A stretch of DNA of 64,000 nucleotides from Vicinamibacterales bacterium (GCA_965250185.1 OZ252293.1:4601904-4665903), one strand, 5' to 3'. Counted from the first letter of the stretch, positions 27,970 to 37,430 are shown. Made by a program: numbers and translations. The notes: generated by a model from the sequence alone, not told the origin.

Positions 27970-28241
27970 CACCGCCCGAGCAATCGTAGGTCCTCCTCGA
28001 GTCGCGCACGAACCTCGGGAGTCCAGGCCGGCTCCGTGAGCGGTGTGCCGATCAGTGTCAGCCGCGGTGGCGGCTCGGCTTGCGCCGGGGGTCCGTCCGA
28101 CGCCGACTCGTCGCCGGCGATCGGCTCGCCAGGCGAGCATGCGAGCACCGAGACGCACATCGTCCCGATGAGCGCGGCCGCGACCGCTCGACTGGTGTGC
28201 GAGCGGCCGACCGTTCGAGTGAGAATGCGTCGAGTCATCAT
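27969..28241 (-). CDS. lipoprotein signal plus N-terminal segment, probably the 5' part of the TPR gene
   Basis: It has the lipobox VSVLACS. It ends at a TGA that overlaps the next ATG (TGATG). The shifted frame reads on as ...LEEDL/TIARAVMEVAPD. Confidence 0.45.
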   Translation of the reverse strand: MMTRRILTRTVGRSHTSRAVAAALIGTMCVSVLACSPGEPIAGDESASDGPPAQAEPPPRLTLIGTPLTEPAWTPEVRARLEEDLRLLGR

Positions 28242-28335
28242 GATGTCCTGGATTCTACGCCAGGTCTGTCGCGCTTGGGCCAGGCGCTTCGCCGGGAACG
28301 CTCCGTCATCCTCGGATGGTAGACTCGAGCCACCG

Positions 28336-29133
28336 ATGACCGAAGATGCCCACTCTCGCCCGTCCGGAGATGCACCGCAGCCGCTCTACGATGTCAACGT
28401 TCCAACGCCCACCCACGCGGAGCGTGCGCGAACGCTCGTGTCGCGGATCACGACGGGGACGCTCTGCACTCTGGCGCAGGAACCGGAGGGCTACCCGTAC
28501 GGCTCGTTCGTGACCGTCGCCTTCGAGGCGGGCGACCCGGTCTTCCTCGTGAGCCGACTTGCGGAGCACACCAAGAATCTGCTCCGCGATCCGCGCGCAT
28601 CGTTACTCGTGGCCGAGGGCGGCTCGGACGATCCGCTCGCCAACGGGCGTGTCACCCTGCTCGGCCCGTGCCGGGCGGTGGAGGACGATGCAGGCGCCGC
28701 CCGGGCGGCGTTCCTCGCCGCCCACCCGAATTCCTCGTACTACGCCGACTTTCGCGACTTCGGGTTCTGGAAGCTGCAGGTGGAATCGATCCGTTACATT
28801 GGAGGATACGGACGGATGTCTTGGATCGAACAGGCTGACTGGCGGGTGGCTCAACCCGATCCGGTCGCCCCGGCCGCGGACGCCATCATCACCCACATGA
28901 ACGCCGACCACGCGGACGCGATGGTCGCGTACTGCAAGGCGTTCTCGATGGCCACCGACATCTCGGCGGCGAGCATGACCGGCGTCGATCGATACGGCTT
29001 CGAGATGGCGGCGATCACCCCCGAAGGCCCGCGGCCGGTCCGGCTCGCGTTCTCGCAGTCGGTCGGTACGTCCGATGAAGTCCGCAAGGCACTGATCGAC
29101 ATGCTGCACGAGGCGCGGGCGAAACTGGGCTGA
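28336..29133 (+). CDS. HugZ-like / pyridoxamine-5'-phosphate-oxidase-fold protein with DUF2470
   Basis: It has GTLCTLAQEPEGYPYGSFV, RVTLLG, FGFWKL, and a C-terminal HMNADHADAM. Confidence 0.7.
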   Translation: MTEDAHSRPSGDAPQPLYDVNVPTPTHAERARTLVSRITTGTLCTLAQEPEGYPYGSFVTVAFEAGDPVFLVSRLAEHTKNLLRDPRASLLVAEGGSDDPLANGRVTLLGPCRAVEDDAGAARAAFLAAHPNSSYYADFRDFGFWKLQVESIRYIGGYGRMSWIEQADWRVAQPDPVAPAADAIITHMNADHADAMVAYCKAFSMATDISAASMTGVDRYGFEMAAITPEGPRPVRLAFSQSVGTSDEVRKALIDMLHEARAKLG

Positions 29134-29164
29134 CCACCCTGCGTCGAATTCGAAGAGGGATCAC

Positions 29165-29566
29165 ATGAAACGATTGGCAGTGGCGTGTGTCGTCGCGGGG
29201 CTTTCGGCGACGGTTCACGCTGGAGCGCAAGCAGTGGCGCACGACCAGGGAGAAACGGCACGACGCGCCGTCACGGGCAACGAGGGCGTCTCAACCATGG
29301 TCGTGATGGATCGGCCGACCTTCCGCGTCCTACGAGACTTTTTCGAGCCCGGGGCCGTGCGTCGCATGCACTCGCACGAGGCGATGTACCACGTGGTCAC
29401 GGTCATCACCGGGGCCGTTCGGATCGCGTTTGAAGACTCGCCGCCGATCGATGTCACGCAGGGCGAGGTTCTGCACCTGGACGGCGGCGTTCAGCACAGC
29501 ATCGAGAACATCGGCAGCCTCATCGCTACGATGGTCGAGGTGTTCGGCAAGGTCGACGGCGGCTAA
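29165..29566 (+). CDS. secreted cupin-domain protein
   Basis: It has a signal peptide and MHSHEAMYHVVTVITG...GEVLHLDGGVQHSIEN. Confidence 0.7.
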   Translation: MKRLAVACVVAGLSATVHAGAQAVAHDQGETARRAVTGNEGVSTMVVMDRPTFRVLRDFFEPGAVRRMHSHEAMYHVVTVITGAVRIAFEDSPPIDVTQGEVLHLDGGVQHSIENIGSLIATMVEVFGKVDGG

Positions 29567-30081
29567 GGCGCTCCCTGATTGGCGGCGAGGAAGTCCGCGA
29601 TGAATTCGGCCACGATTTCCTTGACGAGCTCACGCAGCGTGACCAGCTCGCTGGACGCGATCGTGCCGACCATCGGGGCCGACGCCCAGGTGGTGGCCTC
29701 ATAGAGGATCGTGTCCGAGGTGATGAACGACAGGACATCCTGCTTCAAATCGACGTTGATGGTGTAGGCGTGGAGCCCGGCCGTCGGCGCCTCGACGGTC
29801 TTCACGTTCAGATGCAGGTACGGGCCCGCCGGTACGTCCAGATACTCCTGCATCGAGAGCACCCGGATCCCGGCGTTGCTGAGCGCGACCTCCGTGTCCA
29901 CGCGCAACGCCGTACGGTTCAGGGCGAAGCGACCGGCATCTCCGCCTAGCTTCTCGACGATGATGCCGACACCGGCCAGGCCGCGCAGCGAGGTTCGGTC
30001 CTTCGTCTGCGCCGGAACGCCCTCGACGCCGACAAGGGCGAAGCTGAGGGTCAGCGCCCAGGTTGACCATCGATTCGACAT
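29563..30081 (-). CDS. secreted hypothetical protein
   Basis: The ATG at 30081 is preceded by AAAGGAGGAG and followed by a signal peptide. No family is recognised. Confidence 0.55.
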   Translation of the reverse strand: MSNRWSTWALTLSFALVGVEGVPAQTKDRTSLRGLAGVGIIVEKLGGDAGRFALNRTALRVDTEVALSNAGIRVLSMQEYLDVPAGPYLHLNVKTVEAPTAGLHAYTINVDLKQDVLSFITSDTILYEATTWASAPMVGTIASSELVTLRELVKEIVAEFIADFLAANQGAP

Positions 30082-30171
30082 GCTCCTCCTTTGCGAGCGA
30101 CGCGCCAGCCGCCTCGGACGCGAAGTCGTGGTGAACAACGGAGCCGGACGCGCGTCCGGCCCCGCGCGTTG

Positions 30172-31059
30172 TCAGCGCAAGTGCTCGTTGAAGAACGCGA
30201 TCGTCCGATCCCACGCCAGCGTCGCCGCGGCCTCGTCGTAGCGCGGCGTCGTATCATTGTGGAAGCCGTGATTGGTGCCATCGTACATGTGCATCGTGTA
30301 CGTGACACCGTTCGCCTTCAGCGCCGTCTCGTAATCCGGCCAGCCCGCGTTGACACGCTCGTCGAGGCCCGCATACTGAATCAGCAGTGGCGCCTTGATC
30401 TTCGGAACGTTCTCGGACGGTGGCTGGCCGCCGTAGAACGGAACGGCCGCCCCGAGGTCGGGAATCTCGACCGCCAGCGCGTTGGACATGCCGCCGCCGA
30501 AGCAGAAGCCGACAACGCCGACGCTGCCGCTGCAATGCGCGTGCGATTTCAGAAAGCCGGCGGCCGCGACGAAGTCCTCGAGCATCTCGTCCCGCGATCG
30601 CTTCCGCTGCAGCTCGCGCCCCTCATCATCGGTGCCCGGATAGCCGCCGAGCGGCGCGAGCGCGTCCGGCGCGAACGCCAAGAAGCCGGCCAGCGCGGCG
30701 CGGCGGGCGACGTCCTTGATGTGGGGATTGAGTCCCCGATTCTCGTGAATGACCAGGACACCAGGTAGCGTGCCACTCGCGTCAGCCGGGCGGACGAGGT
30801 AGCCCCTCATCGTGCCGGCACCCTGAGGCGAGGCGTACTCGACGGTCTCGGCCGTCACACGTGCGTCGCCCTCGGCGATCTGCTGAGCCTCCGCGTAGTT
30901 GGGGCTGAGGCTCTCCACCAGCGCGGCCGCTGTCACTCCGCCGACAGCGAACTTCGCCGCGCCGTCGAAAAACTCGCGGCGACTGACCCCGCCGTGCACG
31001 TACCGATCGAAGAGGTCGAGCAGCTCCGGGTCGAAATCGGTGGCCTTCTTGCGCTCCAT
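30172..31059 (-). CDS. dienelactone hydrolase family protein
   Basis: It has the Tat-like SRREFF, plus [23 protein letters not shown] and HGFHND. Confidence 0.85.
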   Translation of the reverse strand: MERKKATDFDPELLDLFDRYVHGGVSRREFFDGAAKFAVGGVTAAALVESLSPNYAEAQQIAEGDARVTAETVEYASPQGAGTMRGYLVRPADASGTLPGVLVIHENRGLNPHIKDVARRAALAGFLAFAPDALAPLGGYPGTDDEGRELQRKRSRDEMLEDFVAAAGFLKSHAHCSGSVGVVGFCFGGGMSNALAVEIPDLGAAVPFYGGQPPSENVPKIKAPLLIQYAGLDERVNAGWPDYETALKANGVTYTMHMYDGTNHGFHNDTTPRYDEAAATLAWDRTIAFFNEHLR

Positions 31060-31090
31060 CGTGCTGACTCCTTGACGACGTCGGGATCGT

Positions 31091-31260
31091 GAGGGTCCGG
31101 GGTTCGGGGGTCCGGAGGGTCGCGGTGGCTCGCCTTCGCCAACCGCCGCCAGGGCTATGGCGCCGGTCCTCGCGACATCTTTCCGTCAGGTTCCGTGACG
31201 TTCCGTGCTCATTCCGTGCCCGATCCGTGTAAATTCCATGCCGTTCCGCGTCCGTCCCGT
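31091..31260 (+). repeat. composite repeat element, left copy (GTCCGG-type 8-mers, 52-nt core, TTCCGTG repeats)
   Basis: The core at 31111-31162 matches the reverse complement of 32658-32709 at 48 of 52 positions. The second block, 31179-31220, matches the reverse complement of 32581-32622 at 34 of 42. Confidence 0.75.
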
Positions 31261-31327
31261 CTCGTGGATTATATCGCGGACCCGCGTAGAATCTGACGGA
31301 CGACGTCGAAACAGGAGGAGGATTGTC

Positions 31328-31783
31328 ATGGTTGCCATGGTTGTCACGGGCGGAACTCCCGACACGACGCCCACCATCATTCCCACCATGCGGTACCAGG
31401 ACGCGACAGCCGCCATCGATTGGCTTTGTGAGGCATTTGGCTTCGAGCGGCATCTCGTGGTGCCGGGGGATCAGGACACGATCGCCCACGCACAGCTGAC
31501 GTTCGGCCGCGGCATGATCATGCTCGGGTCGGCCCGCGACGACGAATACGGCGTCTACATCAAGACGCCGCGCGATCTGAACGGCGTCACTTCTCAAGCC
31601 CCCTACGTCGTCGTCGGTGACGCCGACGCGCACTACGCACACGCCGTGGCCGCCGGTGCGGAGATCGTCCGAGACATCAAGGACGAGGCGCATGGAGGCC
31701 GCGCCTACTCGTGCCGGGACCCCGAAGGCCACCTCTGGAACTTCGGCACGTACGATCCCTGGCGGGAAGTTAGCGCCCCATGA
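31328..31783 (+). CDS. VOC family (PhnB-like) protein
   Basis: It has MRYQDATAAIDWLCEAFGF...GHLWNFGTYDPW. The RBS is ACAGGAGGAGG. Confidence 0.75.
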   Translation: MVAMVVTGGTPDTTPTIIPTMRYQDATAAIDWLCEAFGFERHLVVPGDQDTIAHAQLTFGRGMIMLGSARDDEYGVYIKTPRDLNGVTSQAPYVVVGDADAHYAHAVAAGAEIVRDIKDEAHGGRAYSCRDPEGHLWNFGTYDPWREVSAP

Positions 31784-32571
31784 TTGCCCCGATCATCATC
31801 GGCGCCGTGGCGTTCGGCGTGTCGCTGCTTACGCTGTTCTCGGGATTCGGTCTCGGAACGCTGCTCATGCCAGCCTTCGCGCTGTTCTTCCCGGCCGACG
31901 TCGCGGTCGCCTCGACGGCGGTCGTGCATGCGGCCAACAACGTGTTCAAGGTGGGCCTTCTCGGGGGCCAGGCACGTCGCGACGTGGTCGTACGCTTCGG
32001 CATTCCTGCGGTGCTCGCGGCATTCGTCGGCGCGTTTCTCCTGACCGTGCTTTCGGACCAGACAGCACTCGGCTCCTGGTCGTTCTTCGGCCGGCTGGCC
32101 AGCATCACGCCGCTCAGGCTCGTCATGGGCATCCTGATCCTCGGCTTCGCACTGGTCGAGCTCCTGCCGTCACTGCGTATGATTCAAGCTCCGGTTCGTT
32201 GGCTCCCTGTCGGCGGCGCGGTGTCCGGCTTCTTCGGAGGACTCTCCGGCCACCAGGGCGCGCTCCGCGCCGCGTTCCTGTCTCCGCTCGGGCTGTCACC
32301 CGCCGAGTTCGCCTCGACACAGGCCGTGATCGGATTGCTGGTCGACGGCGCACGCCTCGTCGTGTACGGCTGGGCCTTCACGGTGCTACGCGAATCGACG
32401 GGGGCCGGCGCGATCGACTGGCGGATCGTTGGGATCGCTACGATCAGCGCATTCGCCGGGGCGTTCCTCGGCAAGCAACTCCTGCCTCGCGTCACGTTCG
32501 GCGCGCTGCGCCTGGTCGTCGGTGGACTGCTCGTGATCGTGGGAATCGCGCTCGCAGCCGGGATCGCGTGA
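31780..32571 (+). CDS. TauE/SafE family anion (sulfite) exporter
   Basis: This polytopic membrane protein has the GFGLGTLLMP and GGLSG motifs. Its start overlaps the previous stop (ATGA). Confidence 0.85.
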   Translation: MIAPIIIGAVAFGVSLLTLFSGFGLGTLLMPAFALFFPADVAVASTAVVHAANNVFKVGLLGGQARRDVVVRFGIPAVLAAFVGAFLLTVLSDQTALGSWSFFGRLASITPLRLVMGILILGFALVELLPSLRMIQAPVRWLPVGGAVSGFFGGLSGHQGALRAAFLSPLGLSPAEFASTQAVIGLLVDGARLVVYGWAFTVLRESTGAGAIDWRIVGIATISAFAGAFLGKQLLPRVTFGALRLVVGGLLVIVGIALAAGIA

Positions 32572-32760
32572 CGGACGGCGCGGACGGAACGAACACGGAA
32601 CGTCACGGAATTTCGCGGAAAGAATGCCGCGATGCTTCCGCGCCGTAACCCCTCAACCGCCATAGCCCTGGCGTCGGTTGGCGAAGGCGGGCCACCACGA
32701 CCCTCCAGACTTCAGGACTTCCGGACTTCAGGGCTTCCGGACTTCCGGACCTCCGAACCA
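32572..32760 (-). repeat. composite repeat element, right copy (inverted)
   Basis: See the left copy. It includes the 8-mer array GGACTTCM x6 at 32704-32759. Confidence 0.75.
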
Positions 32761-32998
32761 CACTCCCCTATCTCGAGACGCTAATCCGGTGCCTGTTCGA
32801 CAACGGCCTGGAGACGCAGAGCACTGATCGAGTGGGCATCGCGACGCATCGACTCGCCGACGCACGCACCGACTTGACGGCCTGAGCCAGGATTCGTTAG
32901 AACCGTTGTACCGTCGCGGTTTAGTTCGGATTGGCGCGAGCGTCGGACGCCGCGCCGCCCACCGGAATGCTCGACCGATTTCGATCGGGAGGCCCGCA

Positions 32999-33934
32999 AT
33001 GTCTCAGCTGAACGATGCGTTGTCCCAGTTCGACGAGAACGACTACACGGTGAAGCTGTGTCGAACGATGTTCGGCGCGCTGCCGACGGCTCCACCCTTC
33101 GTCTTCTATGGCGATCTGGCCGGCGGAGTCGCACGGGTCGCCGAGTCGGCGCGACCGGATCTCGTTCCGCGCGCCGAGGCGATCGCCCATCGTCGGGAAG
33201 CCGAGCGGGCCCTGTGGCTGGCCAAGGCGCTCGACAAGGCGGACAGGGGCCTGGCCGTGGCCTCCGGGGTCTCGAATCTCGTGTCGTTCATCCGGGGGTC
33301 GTCGTCGACGGGGCGCTCGACGTTCGAGAGTGACCGTCAGCAGGCCATCGATGCAGGCATCAAGCTGCTCGGGCTCGCCTACATCACGTCACGGCTCTTT
33401 GCCGGTGGCCCGACCGAAAAGGTCCACCAACTGTTGCAGCTGCCGGCCGGCCGAGAGGCGGCCCTCTACCTGGCCACGGTGGAGATTGCGCTGCCGTTCA
33501 TGGACAACTTCATCGAGGGAGGCGGGAGCGTCATCTCGAGCCTGATGGACAGCTCGGCTGTCGACGCGGCGTCGCGCTTCGGCGCGGTCGCCGGGCGTGC
33601 GACGACCCAGGAGGCCACGTCGGTCCTCTCGCACCTGGTTCAGCCACTCGAGCACCTGCTGGAGGGCGTCAAGGGAAATGTCGGTCCCTTGTTGGACACC
33701 GTGCGCTCGCACGTACCGGCTGCGCTGGGAATCGCCGACTCCGCCACCGGCATGCTCGCCACACGCTCGACGCCATGCCCGTGTGGCAGTTCCTCGGCGC
33801 GCGCCTGGTCGCCGAGGCGTCTGCCCAGCAGGCCCTCGACGAGCAGCCGGATCCTGCGAGTGCGCTCGAGATCCGCGGCGTGCCTGACGCGGAGTTCACG
33901 AGCCACAGCCGGGACCTCGTGCACACGCCCGTGA
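32999..33934 (+). CDS. hypothetical protein; the 3' tail is probably out of frame
   Basis: The ATG at 32999 is preceded by GGGAGG. The last ~55 codons are Arg/Ser-rich and look like junk, and they overlap ORF 33775..34488. Confidence 0.5.
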   Translation: MSQLNDALSQFDENDYTVKLCRTMFGALPTAPPFVFYGDLAGGVARVAESARPDLVPRAEAIAHRREAERALWLAKALDKADRGLAVASGVSNLVSFIRGSSSTGRSTFESDRQQAIDAGIKLLGLAYITSRLFAGGPTEKVHQLLQLPAGREAALYLATVEIALPFMDNFIEGGGSVISSLMDSSAVDAASRFGAVAGRATTQEATSVLSHLVQPLEHLLEGVKGNVGPLLDTVRSHVPAALGIADSATGMLATRSTPCPCGSSSARAWSPRRLPSRPSTSSRILRVRSRSAACLTRSSRATAGTSCTRP

Positions 33935-34488
33935 CAGTCGGCGAATCCGGCGCCGGCCCTGATGGCGGAGTCAGTGTCGCGGCCGTCGGCGCGGCGGTCG
34001 GAACGGTCGTCGGGGTCAGCTCGTTGTTCGCCGCGCCGCCGACGCCTCCCGTCGCCGCCGGCACCGCCGTTGACGCCGACCCCGGTGCCCCGGTGCTCGA
34101 GCGGCCCATGACGCCGACGTACCTCCGGTTTTTCATGTTGCTCGCCGGAGCCGTCGGAGGCGCCCTGCTCGTCCGCGCGTATCCAGACCTGGTCTGGAAT
34201 CAGCTGGACTGGGTGCGGGCACAGCCGCAGTGGATGTTCGCGCTTTTCACCGGCCTGCTCGGGCTCGTGATGTTCCGCCTCGGGATCGATCTGTCTCGCG
34301 ATTGGCCCGTCGCCTTCGGCTCTGCGCTGGCCGCCGGTTCGCTGGCCGCGGGCATGGCCCTCGTGGGCAGCAGCCGGTTCATCATCGCGGGCTATCCAGA
34401 CAGCCCGTACGTCATTCCGGTCGGGCTGCTCCTCGTGATGCTCGCCATCGGGGCCGTCAGGCTCCGGCCGGAATCCGGGCGCGGGTAG
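33775..34488 (+). CDS. hypothetical membrane protein, probably the continuation of 32999..
   Basis: The sequence looks like genuine coding sequence and has about 4 C-terminal TM helices. Its frame is displaced by one base from the upstream ORF. Confidence 0.5.
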   Translation: MPVWQFLGARLVAEASAQQALDEQPDPASALEIRGVPDAEFTSHSRDLVHTPVTVGESGAGPDGGVSVAAVGAAVGTVVGVSSLFAAPPTPPVAAGTAVDADPGAPVLERPMTPTYLRFFMLLAGAVGGALLVRAYPDLVWNQLDWVRAQPQWMFALFTGLLGLVMFRLGIDLSRDWPVAFGSALAAGSLAAGMALVGSSRFIIAGYPDSPYVIPVGLLLVMLAIGAVRLRPESGRG

Positions 34489-34518
34489 TCGTCGCGCCGA
34501 CACGGGCCCGAGATCGTC

Positions 34519-35010
34519 ATGACCGAACCAGACATTCGCCGCCTGACGCCAGCCGATCGCAACGCCGCCCTGGACGTGATCAATTCGGCCGCCCGCTGGT
34601 ATCGAGCGTTTCTCTCTGCCGAACAGCTGCACGATCCCGAGATGACACCGGCGCAGTGGGCGACCGAGTCGGAGCGCATGACGTGGCACGGCGCATTCGT
34701 CGATGGTCGGTTGGTCGGTGTCGTCGGAATCGAGTACACCCAGGACGTCGCGCTGATGCGCCACGCGTATGTGCTGTCCGAGTACCAGCACCAGGGCCTC
34801 GGGTCGGCTCTGCTCGACGCGGTCGAGGCGGACATGCAATGCGTCCGCCGGGTCATCGCCGGCACGTATCGGGAGAACCACAAGGCCCGGCGCCTGCTGG
34901 AGAAACGAGGCTTCCGGCTGTCGGTCGATTCGGAATCGGTGCTGCGTACCTACTACGCCATTCCCGAGGACCGGCTGCTGTCGTCGGTCACCTACGAGAA
35001 GGCCGTCTGA
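34519..35010 (+). CDS. GNAT family N-acetyltransferase
   Basis: It has the acetyl-CoA motif YQHQGLGSALL and KARRLLEKRGF. Confidence 0.8.
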   Translation: MTEPDIRRLTPADRNAALDVINSAARWYRAFLSAEQLHDPEMTPAQWATESERMTWHGAFVDGRLVGVVGIEYTQDVALMRHAYVLSEYQHQGLGSALLDAVEADMQCVRRVIAGTYRENHKARRLLEKRGFRLSVDSESVLRTYYAIPEDRLLSSVTYEKAV

Positions 35011-35042
35011 TCGCGCCCACTGACGTGCTAGGGTGCCGACCT

Positions 35043-35564
35043 ATGACCAATGACCACGGCGACGACATCGCGACGCTGCTGGTTCGGGAACTGCGGGGGT
35101 TCGAGCGGGAGCTGGAACTCTTCCCGGATGACCAGAGCATCTGGCGCTCGGCGCCCGGGGTGACCAATTCGGCCGGCAACCTCGCGGTGCACGTGGCCGG
35201 CAACCTCCAGCACTACGTCGGGACCGTCCTGGGGAAGACAGGATACGTGCGAAACCGGCCGGAGGAGTTCGCTCGTCGCGCAGGATCTCGGCAGGAGGTC
35301 ATCGCCGAGCTCGACGCCGCGATCCGGGTCGTCCGGGATGTGCTCTCCCGCCTACCACTCGAGCGGTACCGAGACACCTATCCCGAGACCGTGATCGAGG
35401 GAGTCGAGATCAGTACCGGGCGGTTTCTGCTCCACCTTGGCGCCCACGCGGCCTTCCACCTGGGTCAGGTTGGCTACCTGCGACGGGTCCTCACTGGCGA
35501 TACCCGCTCGGCCGGACCGGTGTCGCTTCGTGCACTGGGGATGGGAGTGGGTAATACGGACTAG
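35043..35564 (+). CDS. DinB family protein
   Basis: It is a four-helix-bundle type with conserved His residues (NLAVHVAGNLQHY and LLHLGAHAAFHLGQ). Confidence 0.75.
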   Translation: MTNDHGDDIATLLVRELRGFERELELFPDDQSIWRSAPGVTNSAGNLAVHVAGNLQHYVGTVLGKTGYVRNRPEEFARRAGSRQEVIAELDAAIRVVRDVLSRLPLERYRDTYPETVIEGVEISTGRFLLHLGAHAAFHLGQVGYLRRVLTGDTRSAGPVSLRALGMGVGNTD

Positions 35565-35641
35565 GGCTCAGGGCTCAGGGCTCAGGGACAGCACGTCTGG
35601 CGTCCCCTGATCCCTGATCCCCGGTCCCTGATCCCTGATCG
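35565..35641. repeat. opposed 7-mer arrays, (GGGCTCA)x3 and (CCCTGAT)x4, forming an imperfect long hairpin
   Basis: Read directly. It fills the whole spacer between convergent genes and could act as a bidirectional terminator. Confidence 0.6.
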
Positions 35642-35645
35642 CGTG

Positions 35646-36221
35646 CTACCGGCTGGCTGGCGGAACGATGTCGTTCAGCCGGAGGTAGACCGTCATGGCG
35701 CCGTACTCATCCCAGACGTGGGCCATGGCCCTGTAGACGATCCTGGCTCGGGTGGAGTCGCCCAGGAAGCCCGGACCAGCGACGACCTCACTGGCCCATG
35801 CGCCGTCCTTGCCCGTCAGAACCTGGGAACCGAAATCGAACGCCGTGCTCATCGCCTCCAGAATTTCGGCCTTCTCGGTCGGCTCACCGAGGTCGGGAGC
35901 GGTCGCGCTCTCGTCGAGCATGGCGATCAAGCCACCGTTCGCACCAGAAATGTGCATCAGCTGTTCGCCGAAGGTCCGCAACTCGTCCGTCGGCTTGTAA
36001 CCGAAGTTCTCGGCGGGCATGGCGTCACCCAGCTGCATCATCATGTCTTTCAAGGATTCCCAATCCTTGAGCAGGTCGCCGGCGAGGGCGCCGTCGTCGG
36101 CTGCCATCGCCTCCTCAGCGGGCGCCTCGACGGGAGCCTCCTGGGCAGGAGCGCAGCCCGCGAGCGCGAGCGTCAGGACCAATGCGGCCGGAACAAAGGC
36201 GAAACGTAGTGTGGAATGCAT
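35646..36221 (-). CDS. DinB family lipoprotein
   Basis: The ATG at 36221 is preceded by GGAG. It has the lipobox LALAGC and a DinB-like sequence (FGEQLMHISGANG...HVWDEYG). Confidence 0.7.
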   Translation of the reverse strand: MHSTLRFAFVPAALVLTLALAGCAPAQEAPVEAPAEEAMAADDGALAGDLLKDWESLKDMMMQLGDAMPAENFGYKPTDELRTFGEQLMHISGANGGLIAMLDESATAPDLGEPTEKAEILEAMSTAFDFGSQVLTGKDGAWASEVVAGPGFLGDSTRARIVYRAMAHVWDEYGAMTVYLRLNDIVPPASR

Positions 36222-36374
36222 CAATTCTCCTAGTCGAGGCAAATGAGCCTCAAAATCGTGGACGACTCGCCGACGGGGAGCGCGGGACTCCCCGGAACCG
36301 AACAAGTGTAGCAGCGATTCCCGCCCGGTACGCGTCAGTGTAGCATGACCGGGCGCTGGATTGCAGAGCCGTCC

Positions 36375-36406
36375 CCTCGCATGGCGCCCTCGCATGGCGC
36401 CCTCGG
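36375..36406. repeat. 13-mer tandem duplication, CCTCGCATGGCGC, about 2.5 units
   Basis: Read directly. It lies just upstream of the RBS of the following gene. Confidence 0.7.
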
Positions 36407-36416
36407 AGGAGATTTT

Positions 36417-37430
36417 ATGACACACCGCCACATGTCGCGCCGGGAGTTCGTGAAACGGTCCGCTGTGGCCACGGCGAGCCTCACCGCGGCGGCACGCCGG
36501 GCCCAGGCCACCGGCCCTCAGCCGACGCCGAACCCGCTGTTCCGGATCTCGCTCGCCGAGTGGTCGCTGCATCGTGCGGTCTTCGGGGATTGGCTTGCCG
36601 AGGTCGGCTTCGGCGAGCTGACCCGGCGGATCCGGACAGCGCCCCGCTCGGTGCTCCAGGGAACACTCGATCATCTAGATTTTGCCAAGACGGCCCGACG
36701 CGAATTCGGCGTCGATGCTGTCGAGTACGTGAACACGTTCTTCTTCGACCGGGCGACGGATTCGGACTATCTCCTCGAGATGAAGACGCGCGCCGACGAT
36801 GAGGGTGTGCGAAGCCTGCTGATCATGTGCGACGCGGAGGGCCGGCTCGGCGATCCCGATCCGTCCGAACGTAGCGCGGTGATCGAAAACCACCGGAAGT
36901 GGCTCGACGCCGCCGCGTTCCTCGGGTGCCACTCGATCCGCGTCAACGCCGCCAGCGCCGGGACTCGCGACGAGCAGGCCCGACTGGCGGCCGACGGACT
37001 GGCCCGACTGGCGGCACTCAGCGATGAGGTGGACCTCGATGTCATCGTCGAGAACCACGGCGGTCTGTCGAGCGACGGGACCTGGCTGGGCGCGGTGATC
37101 GAGCAGGCCGGACATCCACGCGTCGGCACACTGCCGGACTTCGGCAACTTCGATCTCGGCGACGGCCAGCGGTACGACGAGTACCGCGGCGTGGCCGAAC
37201 TGATGCCCTATGCCAAGGCGGTCAGTGCGAAATCGTTCGATTTCGATCCGGACGGCGAGGAACGGACGCTCGACTTCGAGCGACTGATACGGAGCGTGCT
37301 GGACGCCGGCTACCGAGGCTACGTCGGCATCGAGTACGAGGGCGATCGACTGAGTGAACCCGAGGGCATCAGGGCCACCAAGGCCTTACTCGAGCGGGTG
37401 CGCGATCAATTGGCCCCCGAGTATCGGTAG
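36417..37430 (+). CDS. sugar phosphate isomerase/epimerase (xylose-isomerase-like TIM barrel) with Tat signal
   Basis: It has SRREFVKRSAVATASL, VENHGG and YVGIEYEG. Confidence 0.8.
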   Translation: MTHRHMSRREFVKRSAVATASLTAAARRAQATGPQPTPNPLFRISLAEWSLHRAVFGDWLAEVGFGELTRRIRTAPRSVLQGTLDHLDFAKTARREFGVDAVEYVNTFFFDRATDSDYLLEMKTRADDEGVRSLLIMCDAEGRLGDPDPSERSAVIENHRKWLDAAAFLGCHSIRVNAASAGTRDEQARLAADGLARLAALSDEVDLDVIVENHGGLSSDGTWLGAVIEQAGHPRVGTLPDFGNFDLGDGQRYDEYRGVAELMPYAKAVSAKSFDFDPDGEERTLDFERLIRSVLDAGYRGYVGIEYEGDRLSEPEGIRATKALLERVRDQLAPEYR

